Shown here: piece after piece, positions 27,014-38,556 of the stretch
Layout: each line of letters starts with the position of its first letter
How positions within the stretch are numbered: the first letter of the stretch is position 1
Origin: an uncultured Gemmatimonadales bacterium
GTDB lineage: Bacteria > Gemmatimonadota > Gemmatimonadetes > Longimicrobiales > RSA9
Length of the DNA: 64,000 nt
NCBI GenBank assembly: GCA_963783305.1
Contig: CAWAMW010000006.1
Location: 32,001-96,000 of the forward strand
Direction: 5' to 3'
Program-made: the position numbers and the translations under genes
The notes under the pieces: model-generated
Database searches by the model: none
What the model was told of the DNA's origin: nothing
Seen by the model: the letters and a program-made list of their open reading frames with translations, nothing else

Positions 27014-27376
27014 ATGATGCGATCGTCATTGCTGCTGCTTCTGCCCCTGCTGGTCACCGCCTTCACCTGCACCACCGAGCCCACGACCGACAGTCAGGAG
27101 CGCTGCGAGGACCACCCCCTCCACGCCGAGCTCATTGCCGCCGACGGTGCGACGCTCCGCGTCGTCGTCACCCTGGCCCAGGAGAGCGGCGACGATCCGG
27201 CCACCCTCCAGGACCGGCTCCTCGAGGAGCTGAGGGGGAGCCAGCACGAGATCGTGCGCCGGTCCGTCAATTTCCCGATTCTTACCCTCGTGGTGGGGGA
27301 GGACGCGCTGTGCCGCCTGGTGAGCTCGGCGCTGGTGACGTCCATCGAGCGCGACGAGGCCGTCCACACGTCCTGA
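27014..27376 (+). CDS. Exported stand-alone subtilase propeptide/I9 inhibitor-like protein
   Basis: Signal or lipobox-like N-terminus; LRVVVTL..IVRRSVNFPILTLVVGEDALCRL..VTSIERD aligns by eye with the upstream protease prodomain. Confidence 0.7.
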   Translation: MMRSSLLLLLPLLVTAFTCTTEPTTDSQERCEDHPLHAELIAADGATLRVVVTLAQESGDDPATLQDRLLEELRGSQHEIVRRSVNFPILTLVVGEDALCRLVSSALVTSIERDEAVHTS

Positions 27377-27404
27377 GCGCCCGGATCCCCGGGGCGCCCC
27401 TGCT

Positions 27405-27821
27405 TCAGGGCGACTTCAGGGCGACGACGTGCACACTGTCCGTGCGGGCGAAGTCGTCGCCCGACGACGGCCGTGTGAGTACGAGAATCCAGGCCGTGCG
27501 ATTGCCGACGCTCAGCTCGGTCGACTCTTCGTAGTCGCCGTCGACGGCCACCGGAGTCGTTTCGCCCCACCGGGACGGCTCATCCCCCGGCCGGGCGGGA
27601 CGGTAGCCCCAGCTCTGGACCTTGAACTCCCCTGGCTGGTTGCCGTGATTGCGGAGGGTGACGTCATACCGGTCGCCATCCCCGAACTCACCCAGGTATG
27701 CGATGGCCTCCACCTGGACACTGGCGGGGACCGGATCGGGGACCGGGTACGTGCCCAGGTCGTCGGAACATGCGCAGAGAGGGGTGAGGGTCAGCCAGAG
27801 GAGAAGGTATGGTCTGGTCAT
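27405..27821 (-). CDS. Hypothetical lipoprotein
   Basis: MTRPYLLLWLTLTPLCAC lipobox followed by a beta-rich domain. Confidence 0.6.
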   Translation of the reverse strand: MTRPYLLLWLTLTPLCACSDDLGTYPVPDPVPASVQVEAIAYLGEFGDGDRYDVTLRNHGNQPGEFKVQSWGYRPARPGDEPSRWGETTPVAVDGDYEESTELSVGNRTAWILVLTRPSSGDDFARTDSVHVVALKSP

Positions 27822-28016
27822 GGCTCGTCTCCCGTGGAAGGGGTGGGGAGTGGGACGCCTGTGGCGCGGCGCTCTCCAGTATAGCAACCGTGCGATGCCA
27901 AGGCCAAGGCGCGCTGCGAACACGTCCAGCTGCGGCACCTCGGTCAGCATAGGGGGTCGGCGGGTCGAGCGGGGCCACGCTTTCGGCGGCCTCGATCCTT
28001 ACCTATCATCGAATGA

Positions 28017-30275
<2,259 letters not shown>

Positions 30276-30300
30276 CGGCACCGGCCGGTTCCCGGATGAC

Positions 30301-30335
30301 GAAGAGGCGGGCTCCGCAATGGAGCCCGCCTCTTC
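30301..30335. terminator. Hairpin terminator between convergent katG and nuclease genes
   Basis: GAAGAGGCGGGCTCC-gcaat-GGAGCCCGCCTCTTC, perfect 15-bp stem. Confidence 0.8.
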
Positions 30336-30368
30336 TGCGTACGTCGCGGCGTGGCGCCGCTCAGGCGG

Positions 30369-33300
30369 TCAGACGGTTAGTACCGCCAGGACCCGCTCCG
30401 CCTCGGCGCGCAGCCCTGCGGCGGCCGCGGCGGTCAGCTTGCCATCGCGCTCGAACACGTCCAGCTGTGTCAGGAACGTCTCGAGGCGCTTGGCCGCCTG
30501 GTCGCGCCGGCCCTCTTCCAGGTGCTTCGCAGCCTGCCGGAGCTGTGCGCTCAGGGCGTTCTCCGCGGGGGGCGCGATGGCGCCGGCGTCCACGGCCGCG
30601 TCGAACGCGGCGGCGAGGGCGTCGAATCCGCTCTCCATCTGGCCCTCGAGCTCGTCCGGCAGGAGCGACAGCAGGTCGTAGCCGGTGAGGGCCTCGAGCT
30701 CGTCCACCTGGACCTCGTAGGCCTCCCAGTCGCCCTGGATCCCGACCACCGTCCCGGGCACGCCGGGCTCGACCCGGTTCGGCGTAAGGATCGCGATCAC
30801 CTCCAGATCGTCGAGCGTGGCGATGTCGGCCAGCATCTCATCCCGATCCAGGAAGACCGCCACCTTCCACGTCCAGTCCGGGATGGCGACCTTGCCGGCG
30901 TCCTTGAGTGTCGCGGGCGCCTCGCTCCACACTCCGCCCGCAAGCAGGTAGACTTCCTCGCCGCCGAAGGCGCGTCCGTTGGTGTAGTGCTCGAAGTCGC
31001 CCCAGGGGCCGGTGTTGTTGGCGGCGGCCTGCGGCAGGATGTTGGTGGTCATGTACGTCGACGCGTTGTCCGGCAGCGTCACCGTGCGGTTGAACGACTG
31101 CACCATGTGACCGCGGCTGTACCCGCTCCCCGTGAAGTCGTAGTTGACCACCGCGGGCGCGCTGGCCGGGAGCAGCGGGTCCGGCGTGTAGCACTCGCAC
31201 CGGTCCGCCGAGCCGATGTGGCTCTCGTCCAGGTTCCACGCCACCCAGTTCACGCCGGCGTGGGCCGCGCTGTACGACAGGCGGTACTCGTCGCGGGTGA
31301 TCAGGATGTCGTCGCTCGGGTCCGCGTCCACGGGCACGCCGAACTCCGTGTGGTCCTGGAACGCGACGCCACTCGCCGCGTCCGCGATCACGTCCACCGT
31401 CACGTCGGCGGTCGCGTCGAAGCCGGCCGCCGAGACCTCCAGCGTGGCCGTGCCCACACCCGTCGACTTCAGGTTGCCGTACACGTCCACCGTGAACACC
31501 GAGGGATCGGTGCTCTCGAACTCGATCGTCGCCCCGTCCACCGCGTCGTTGTAGTCGTCGCGGACGCTCACGAACAGCGCCCGGTTGTAGCCGACGGGCA
31601 GCCGCACGAACGATGCGCTGACCGACACGCTGGTCGGCTCGCCCGGCGCACCCACGCCCCACGGCGCCAGGACGCCGGCCGCGGCGGTGGCCGGATCGAA
31701 GTCGATGGAGCCCGGAGTGTCGCCGTCGCCGACCGTGAAGATGGCGCTGATCCAGCCGTCATCCGTGCGGACCACGTGCCCCGGCGTGTACGACTGCCCG
31801 CGCCCGAGCCGCGCGTCGCAGTAGATGGGCATGGCGCCCATGTACTCGATGAGCGAGATGCAATCGAGGACGTCGGTCCAGGGCATCACGTCCAGGACCC
31901 CGTCGTCGTCGGTGTCCAGGTCCTGGCCGTCCTCGCCGCGGAAACCGGTCACCAGCAGGAAGGTGGGGTTGTCGTCGTTCTCGAAGTTCAGGTCGGTGGT
32001 CAGGGCCGGCGTGCCCAGACCGAACGAGCCCTCGGCCGCCACGAACGCGCCATCCGCCGAGAGGACGTAGCCGCTCAGGTTCGTGACCTCCTCGACGACA
32101 CCGCCGCCGCTGCCGCCGGGAGCATCGCCAAGCACGATCAGCGAGGCGCCGTCCAGCGTGGTGCCGGGCGCGCCGCCGATCTCGAAGTACTCGTCGCTGT
32201 CCGCCCCCGTCTGGTCCGTTCGGATCTCGCTCAGGAAGAGCGGCCCCGACGGCGTCGGCTCGGGGTTGCACGCCCCGAAGGTGTTCGGCTGCGGCCCCGT
32301 CCACACGCTCCCGACCCGCTGGAGCGAATGGCCGACCGGCGAGGACGAGCTCTCCTCCACCCCCACGTCCGTCGACGTCATGCCCATCGCGGGGCCCGCG
32401 GTGGCCGTGATCACTCCCTCATACGACAGGAACTCGACCACCATCCCCGACGGCGCCACGAGCGCGAGCCCGTCCGGCGACCCGTTCTGGAGCCCGGACT
32501 CCTCGAAATGGAGCGCGCCGGAGCCGAAGCACGCGTCCGGCAAAGTGCCGCTCAGCGCGATGCTCCCGTAGCTCTCGCCGTTGCTGCCGTTGTAGAGCAC
32601 CACCGACCAGCCGGCCAGGTCCGTACCCGCCGGCCCGAACACCTCCACCGCCTCGCCCACGTCGGAGCCGGCGTTGTCGTAGTGGAACTCGCTCAGGACC
32701 ACGTCGGCGTGACTGCCGCCATCCCCGCCATCCCCGCCGTCACCACCATCGCCACCATCGCCACCATCGCCACCATCCCCAGCGCCGTTGCATGCGCCGA
32801 AGGTCGACGTCACGGGACCGGTCCATACGTCGCCCGTCCGCTGGAGCGACTCCCCCGCGGGCGTGGAAGGGCCCTCCTGCACGCCGATGTCCGTGGACGT
32901 CATGCCGTCGGCGGCACCGCCCGCGGCGACCAGCGTCCCCTCGTAGCTCAGGAACTCCACGACCGTCCCGCCCGCGTCCACCAGGGCGAGCCCGTCGGGC
33001 GACCCGTTCTGGATTCCGTTGACGGGCAGCTCCAGCACCGTCACGCCCTCACCCTCACCCTCACCCTCACAGGTGGCGGGCAGGACCCCCGACAGGGACT
33101 CCGTGCGATAGACGGAGCCGTTGCTCCCGTTGTAGAACACGACGCTCCAGCCGGTCAGGTCCGTCCCCGCCGGGCCCGTGATCTCCACGGCCTCGCCCGT
33201 ATCGGTGCTCTCGTTGTCGTAGTGGATCTCCGTGATCCGTACGGAGGTGGCCGGGGCCTGGAGGAGGGTCGGCGCCACCGCGCTGGTGAGGGTCTCGGTC

Positions 33301-33380
33301 GGGCCGTCGTGGCAGGCCATGAGAGCACCCGCCGCGGCGATGGCGGCGAGTGTGGAAAGGGCAGGGGATCTCCAACTCAT
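30369..33380 (-). CDS. Lipoprotein DNA/RNA non-specific endonuclease with three lamin-tail domains, an Ig-like domain and a C-terminal helical (FIMAH-like) domain
   Basis: Lipobox LMAC; EIHYDN/EFHYDN LTD repeats with QNGSPDGLALV; NWVAWNL, YSRGHM active site, TNILPQ, IPDWTWKV. Confidence 0.9.
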   Translation of the reverse strand: MSWRSPALSTLAAIAAAGALMACHDGPTETLTSAVAPTLLQAPATSVRITEIHYDNESTDTGEAVEITGPAGTDLTGWSVVFYNGSNGSVYRTESLSGVLPATCEGEGEGEGVTVLELPVNGIQNGSPDGLALVDAGGTVVEFLSYEGTLVAAGGAADGMTSTDIGVQEGPSTPAGESLQRTGDVWTGPVTSTFGACNGAGDGGDGGDGGDGGDGGDGGDGGSHADVVLSEFHYDNAGSDVGEAVEVFGPAGTDLAGWSVVLYNGSNGESYGSIALSGTLPDACFGSGALHFEESGLQNGSPDGLALVAPSGMVVEFLSYEGVITATAGPAMGMTSTDVGVEESSSSPVGHSLQRVGSVWTGPQPNTFGACNPEPTPSGPLFLSEIRTDQTGADSDEYFEIGGAPGTTLDGASLIVLGDAPGGSGGGVVEEVTNLSGYVLSADGAFVAAEGSFGLGTPALTTDLNFENDDNPTFLLVTGFRGEDGQDLDTDDDGVLDVMPWTDVLDCISLIEYMGAMPIYCDARLGRGQSYTPGHVVRTDDGWISAIFTVGDGDTPGSIDFDPATAAAGVLAPWGVGAPGEPTSVSVSASFVRLPVGYNRALFVSVRDDYNDAVDGATIEFESTDPSVFTVDVYGNLKSTGVGTATLEVSAAGFDATADVTVDVIADAASGVAFQDHTEFGVPVDADPSDDILITRDEYRLSYSAAHAGVNWVAWNLDESHIGSADRCECYTPDPLLPASAPAVVNYDFTGSGYSRGHMVQSFNRTVTLPDNASTYMTTNILPQAAANNTGPWGDFEHYTNGRAFGGEEVYLLAGGVWSEAPATLKDAGKVAIPDWTWKVAVFLDRDEMLADIATLDDLEVIAILTPNRVEPGVPGTVVGIQGDWEAYEVQVDELEALTGYDLLSLLPDELEGQMESGFDALAAAFDAAVDAGAIAPPAENALSAQLRQAAKHLEEGRRDQAAKRLETFLTQLDVFERDGKLTAAAAAGLRAEAERVLAVLTV
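32714..32781 (-). repeat. Gly-Gly-Asp coding tandem repeat (linker between lamin-tail domains)
   Basis: 9-bp units such as ccaccatcg, translated GDGGDGGDGGDGGDGGDGGDGGS. Confidence 0.85.
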
Positions 33381-33503
33381 CGAATCGTCTGCTCCGGAAT
33401 GGGGGAGTGGGCACCGGGAGCGCGGGTGGGGCCCGGTTCGCGGCTGCTCTACGCGTCGATTCTAACGCACAAAGGGCGGCGCCGCACGCACCAACCGCCG
33501 CCA

Positions 33504-34607
33504 ACCGGACCGGTTTCCTCATTCCTCATTTGGCCGAGGCTCCGCGGCGGCCCCGCATCTCAATGGCGGTGGGTCGTCAGCGCCCTACGATGATCGTCGA
33601 CACGCACTGGGGGCTGACCCGGAGGTACCGCGCGATCACGTGGTTGGGATGGCCGGCGTCGTGTGCGCGAAGCACGATATCGCGGCGGGCCCGCGCGATC
33701 ACCCGCGTCTTGCACCCGCTGCGGATCAGGTCGAGATCGAGGTCGAGGCGGAGCTCGGCGACCATGCGTTTCGCGATGTCGCTGAGATCCGTACGCTGGC
33801 GACGTCGCGCCCGAACGAGGTCGGCGCCGGCGAAATCGGGTCGCGTCGCAAACTCCGGAAATCGCCGCGCCCACGGGTCCTGCCCGCCCCACAGCGGCGG
33901 CGGCTCCGGTCGCTCGGATCCCGCATCGTAGCCCTCGAACAAATCGCACTCCAGCCGCCATGCGACGAACCGGTCGTAGGACGCCCGCAGCGCCCCCCGG
34001 TCCGCGCCGGCGGTGGGGGCGAACAGCGTCAGCCCGAGCTCGGCGGCGAGTACGGACTCCAGGGGGCCAGCGCGACGGCCGGACGCCGGGTCGTCCCGGG
34101 AGTACGACCCGTGGGAGCTCCACACGTATTGGCCAGGCGCGTCGACAAGCCCGGCGCGCACCGGATTGAGGTTCGTATAGACGATCGCGTTGCGGATATA
34201 GTGGGGGTCGAGACAGGCCGAATCGCGAAATCGACCTTCGAAGATGTGGCCAGTCGTGCGATGCGCACGCTGCGCGCGGAGCGCGACGCGGCGCAGCAGC
34301 GGCTTCATGCACCGGTCGAGCGGCTTCTGCCCCTGCCGGATCACCAGATGGAGGTGATTCGACATCACGCAGTAGGCGAGGAGGCGTGCGTCCGACCTCG
34401 CGAACACTGCGGCAATGTCCCGCTCGATCTGCGACCGGATCACCTCGCTGAACCGGCCGCGGCGGCCGAGCGTGCGGGCGGTCAGGTGAAAGACCGCGCC
34501 AGGCAGGTGGGATCGCGGGTATCGGGGCATGCCGGCAATGTGGAGGGTCAGGCGGGGCACGCGAATGGCTGACTGGGACGATTGTGGAATATGGAAACCG
34601 GTCCGGT
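33504..34607 (-). mobile_element. Putative Y1/RAYT element bounded by 27-bp imperfect terminal inverted repeats
   Basis: Left ACCGGACCGGTTTCCtcATTCCtCAtT (33504-33530) vs reverse complement of 34581-34607 ACCGGACCGGTTTCCatATTCCaCAaT: 23/27, outer 15 identical. Confidence 0.7.
33577..34530 (-). CDS. REP-associated tyrosine transposase-like (Y1 HUH) protein with C-terminal HTH
   Basis: MPRYPR..PGAVFHLTAR, YCVMSNHLHLV (HUH), GHIFEGRF, VYTNLNPVRAGL (Tyr), YVWSS; DnaA_C-like tail ARARRDIV..IARYLRVS. Confidence 0.9.
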   Translation of the reverse strand: MPRYPRSHLPGAVFHLTARTLGRRGRFSEVIRSQIERDIAAVFARSDARLLAYCVMSNHLHLVIRQGQKPLDRCMKPLLRRVALRAQRAHRTTGHIFEGRFRDSACLDPHYIRNAIVYTNLNPVRAGLVDAPGQYVWSSHGSYSRDDPASGRRAGPLESVLAAELGLTLFAPTAGADRGALRASYDRFVAWRLECDLFEGYDAGSERPEPPPLWGGQDPWARRFPEFATRPDFAGADLVRARRRQRTDLSDIAKRMVAELRLDLDLDLIRSGCKTRVIARARRDIVLRAHDAGHPNHVIARYLRVSPQCVSTIIVGR

Positions 34608-34638
34608 AGGGAGTAATCCCGTGCCCGCGGGGAGGGCG

Positions 34639-36687
34639 CTACCCCGTCCTCCCCCATCCCGCGCCCGCGGCGCCGCCCTCGTCCGGCCGGCCGGCGGCGA
34701 CGAGCTCGCGTCGCTCCGTTCCGCGGGCCGCGGGTGCGGTCGATGGGACCACTTCCGAGGTGGCGCGCTGGCGGGTCGAGAGGCGGAACCGGCCGACCAG
34801 TCCCTTCAGCTGCTGCGCCTGCCCGGACAGCTCCTCGGCCGAACTGGCGCTCTCCTCGGAGCTGGCCGCCGACCGCTGCGTGACGGCGTTCATCTCCTCG
34901 ACAGCGCCGTTGATCTGGGACACGCCCTCTGTTTGCTGCTCGCTCGCCGCCGCGATCTCCGCCATCACCTCCCATACTCGGCCCACCCCGGTACGAACCT
35001 CCCCCAGCTTCTCGACCACTTCGGCCTGAACCTCCACGCCGTCCTCGGAGGCCTCCACGCTCTGCTCGATCAACGCGGCGGTCTCCTTCGCCGCCTCGGC
35101 GCTGCGCATCGCCAGGTTCCGTACTTCCTCCGCCACCACGGCGAACCCTTTACCGGCCTCCCCGGCGCGGGCCGCCTCCACGGCCGCGTTCAGCGCGAGC
35201 AGGTTCGTCTGGAAGGCGATCTCATCGATGGTCTTCACGATCCGGCTTGTGGCGTCGCTCGACTCCCGGATCCGCTGCACGGCGGCGCTGAGGCGCTCCA
35301 TGGACTCCGTGCCGCTCACGGTGCTGCCGTTCGCGGCATCCGCGAGTCCCCGGGCCTCGTTGGCGCTCAGGGCGTTCTGGTTGGCCATGGACGCCAGCTC
35401 CTGCAGGCTGCTCGATACTTCCTCGAGGCTGGACGCCTGCTCGCTGGAGGCTTCGGCCAGGCCCTGGCTGCCCACGGCGATCTGTTCGGACGCTGTCGAG
35501 ACCTCATCGGCACTGCCCGCGACTTCCGCCAGGGCGCCCTCCAGCGTGTCCAGCGCACCATTCAGGGAGTTCTGGAAGTCGACGAAATCTCCGCGATAGC
35601 TCCCGGTCATCCGGACCGAGAGGTCACGCTCCGCGAGCCTGCCGAGGACGCCGGCGGCCTCGTCCACGGGCTCGACGATCGCGACGAGCGTGTCGTTGAC
35701 CCCGCGTGCGACCTCGGCGTACGCCCCCGCCAGCCGGTCGGTCCGGGCCCGCGCCTTCAGGTCGCCGTGACGCGCGGCCTCCGTGAGGCCGGTCATCTCG
35801 TCCACCAGCGCGCGGACACCGTCCCGGGCGGTCAGGATGCTGCGGGTGAGGATATCGTGCTCGGAGCGGGGTTCGAGCTCGAGCGACGTGTCGCCCCCGC
35901 CGAGGCGGTTCGCCCCGGCGGCGGCTTCGCGAAGGTAGTCGGACATGGCCCGGAAGGCGTCAGCGAGCCGACCGGTCTCGTCCGACGCGGTGTGTTGGAT
36001 GTCCACGAGCTCGCCACTGGCCATCCGTTCGCCGGCGTCGGTGACCACGCCGATGCTCCGCGAGATGGCCCTGGCGACGTAGGTCAGCGTCAGCAGCGCC
36101 AGCAGGATCACCAGCGCGATGCCCATGTAGATGGCCTGCTTGACGCCCGCGGCCGTCGCGGCGACGTCATCCAGGTACACGCCGGTGCCGAGGATCCACC
36201 CCCACGGCTCGAAGTGAACGGCGTGGCTCATCTTGGCCTTCGGCTCGTCTTCGCCCGGCTTCGGCCAGAGGTAGGTCACGTCGGCGGTACCGGTGGCCAC
36301 GGCGTCCTTCACCATCGGCTGGAGGATCCGCACCCCATTGGGGTCGGCGAGGTCCCACTGGTTCGTGCCCTCCAGGTCCCGCCTCGGGTGCACCAGCATG
36401 TTGCCTTCGGAATCGAAGACGTACACGTAATCCCCGTCGCCGTACTCCATGTTGCGGATCAGGCGGGCCGCACGGATCTGCGACTCCTCTTCTGTGTCGC
36501 CCGCGGCCAGGCCGGCCTCGTGCTCCGACTCGACCAGGGCGAGCGCGACGGCCGCGATGTTCCGGGCGATGTCCATCCGCTCGGCGAGCATGGCGCGCTC
36601 GAAGCGCTCCCCCATCCACCAGCCGAGCACGGCGAGGAGAGGGACAATGACCGCCCCCGCGAGCGTGACCTTCGTTGCGATCTTCAT
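34639..36687 (-). CDS. Methyl-accepting chemotaxis protein with single Cache sensor and HAMP domains
   Basis: [71 protein letters not shown]. Confidence 0.95.
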   Translation of the reverse strand: MKIATKVTLAGAVIVPLLAVLGWWMGERFERAMLAERMDIARNIAAVALALVESEHEAGLAAGDTEEESQIRAARLIRNMEYGDGDYVYVFDSEGNMLVHPRRDLEGTNQWDLADPNGVRILQPMVKDAVATGTADVTYLWPKPGEDEPKAKMSHAVHFEPWGWILGTGVYLDDVAATAAGVKQAIYMGIALVILLALLTLTYVARAISRSIGVVTDAGERMASGELVDIQHTASDETGRLADAFRAMSDYLREAAAGANRLGGGDTSLELEPRSEHDILTRSILTARDGVRALVDEMTGLTEAARHGDLKARARTDRLAGAYAEVARGVNDTLVAIVEPVDEAAGVLGRLAERDLSVRMTGSYRGDFVDFQNSLNGALDTLEGALAEVAGSADEVSTASEQIAVGSQGLAEASSEQASSLEEVSSSLQELASMANQNALSANEARGLADAANGSTVSGTESMERLSAAVQRIRESSDATSRIVKTIDEIAFQTNLLALNAAVEAARAGEAGKGFAVVAEEVRNLAMRSAEAAKETAALIEQSVEASEDGVEVQAEVVEKLGEVRTGVGRVWEVMAEIAAASEQQTEGVSQINGAVEEMNAVTQRSAASSEESASSAEELSGQAQQLKGLVGRFRLSTRQRATSEVVPSTAPAARGTERRELVAAGRPDEGGAAGAGWGRTG

Positions 36688-36701
36688 CGTCGTCCCCTGG
36701 C

Positions 36702-37985
36702 TCAGAATGCGTAGAGTATGCTGAAGCTGATCTGATCGGCCGATCGATCCAGGTGTCCGTCGTTCTCGGCCCACCGTGTGTCCGCGTGGAACCACTCCAT
36801 GGCCGCGCGCCACGCCGTGTCGTTCCATTGGAGCGACAGCGCCTGTGTGGAATTGTGGAGGCGTGAGCCGCCGCTGTCCCTCACGTCCGCGTCCACCGGA
36901 TCGTCGTAGCCGCGGAAGTACCAGAGGCCGAGCCGCGGGGTCAGGTCGTAGCCGAGCTGTGCCCATCCCCCCTGGCTGCCGATGTCCCCGAACTGGGCGA
37001 GGGCGGCGAACTGCTGACCGATGGCGCGGCCGACGTAGGCGTTGCCGTGCAGCGTGTACCGGCCCCGGCTGGCTCTGCCCCCGGCCTGGAACGCGGTCCC
37101 CGTGAGGGAGTCATCGGTGTCGAAGTGGTCACCGACCCCGCTCAGGTCCTTCCGGTCGACGTGCCCCACCGCGTACGCACCCCACTCCGCGCCGAGCGCC
37201 TGGCCTCCCACGTCGACCCGGGCCTCGAGCTGCGGGATGCCCGCTTCGCCCGCGCTCCGGTGATCCGTCACCTGCGTGGGGTCGTCCGCGTCGGTCCCGC
37301 TCCACGATCCACGCTGGGCTCCGAGCTGAATGCGGAGCTGGACCGGCGCCTCCCTGCCGAGGAGCTCCTGCTCCACCACGACGCCGGGGAACCGCCATCC
37401 GAGGAACCCCGAGCCGAGCCCCAGCGGGAACGCGACGTGAGCCACCGACACGGGGACGGCGCCCGTCATGGGCGCCCACGCCTGGCCCGCCCGGACGGTG
37501 GTGCCGCCGCCCTGGAGCTGGACGTAGGCGAGCCGGAGCCGGGGCTGGGGCTGTTCGTCGTTGAACGGACCCACGCCCGTGAAGGAGCCGAAGAAGTCGA
37601 TCTCGAGAATGCCGCTCGCGCCCCATCGGGAAGGGCTGTTCGTGGTGGCCGCGGTCAGGCGGAGCCGCGTGTTGCGCACGTCCCCGCCTATGAACCAGGG
37701 ATCCACGTCGTCCGACCGGTTGGCCGCGAACACGGCGCTCTGACCGTTGCCGAAGCCGAACGACTGGTTCTGGACGAAGCTCGTCGCCGCCACGAACCCG
37801 CTGACGCTGAGCGTCACGCCGGGGATGGGGGCGGGCGCGTCGGCCGAGTCCCCGGCCACCGGGATCGAGTCGGGCGCCAGCACGGCGGGCACGAGGACCG
37901 CCTGGGCGTGAACGGGTCCAACGGCGATACCGACGCCAGCCAGCGCGCTGAGCAGGAACGGCCGCAGGGAAGATCTTCTGTTCAT
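36702..37985 (-). CDS. Outer-membrane porin (DcaP-like)
   Basis: Signal peptide, [29 protein letters not shown]-terminal Phe. Confidence 0.75.
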   Translation of the reverse strand: MNRRSSLRPFLLSALAGVGIAVGPVHAQAVLVPAVLAPDSIPVAGDSADAPAPIPGVTLSVSGFVAATSFVQNQSFGFGNGQSAVFAANRSDDVDPWFIGGDVRNTRLRLTAATTNSPSRWGASGILEIDFFGSFTGVGPFNDEQPQPRLRLAYVQLQGGGTTVRAGQAWAPMTGAVPVSVAHVAFPLGLGSGFLGWRFPGVVVEQELLGREAPVQLRIQLGAQRGSWSGTDADDPTQVTDHRSAGEAGIPQLEARVDVGGQALGAEWGAYAVGHVDRKDLSGVGDHFDTDDSLTGTAFQAGGRASRGRYTLHGNAYVGRAIGQQFAALAQFGDIGSQGGWAQLGYDLTPRLGLWYFRGYDDPVDADVRDSGGSRLHNSTQALSLQWNDTAWRAAMEWFHADTRWAENDGHLDRSADQISFSILYAF

Positions 37986-38119
37986 CCGTCAGACTCCGAA
38001 TCGAGTTCATGGGCAGCCGACCGCTCGGTCTTGCCTCGGGCTGTCGGAGAGCGTCGGGTCCACGCGGGAATACTTGAGACCGGAGCTCTGGACGCCGCTC
38101 CGCGCGCGGCTCAAACCGG

Positions 38120-38470
38120 ATGCACCCTCCCCGATCACCCGCAACTCGCATCGATGCGCACCCCAACGCTGCCCGACGCCCGCCGTGGCGCGCGCCGCTG
38201 TTCGCGCTGCTGGGCGCCGCCGTGGTCGCACCGGCGGGGGACGAGCGGGTGGCCGCCCGCTGGGCGCACGTCGACAACGTGCTCCAGCGCCGGGCCGATC
38301 GGATCCCACGGGTCGCGGCCGTGGTGGGGGCGGAAGCGGCCCACGAGCGAGCGGTGGTGGAGACGCTGTCATCGGCGCATCGCGACCACCGGGGGCCAGG
38401 GAGGCGGCCGTCCGCGCTGCCCCCTCAGCCGCAGCCAGGCCTCGCTCGCAGCCACTTCCCGCGGGCAGCA
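38120..38470 (+). pseudogene. Degenerate LemA-family remnant
   Basis: Hydrophobic stretch then DERVAARWAHVDNVLQRRADRIPRVAAVVGAEAAHERAVVE, matching the LemA W..V..QRR.DLIP.L..AAHE signature; homology lost after ~38383. Confidence 0.6.
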
Positions 38471-38556
38471 GCGCTTCCCCGGTCGGGCCCGTCGCTGGCG
38501 CGACTCCCCGCCTCTCCATAGCATGTCCCTGCTGCTCAATCATCATCGGAGGAACC

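Noticed and set aside
32714..32781. Short tandem repeats as a possible CRISPR array
   Set aside because: In-frame 9-bp coding repeats without spacers; no cas genes
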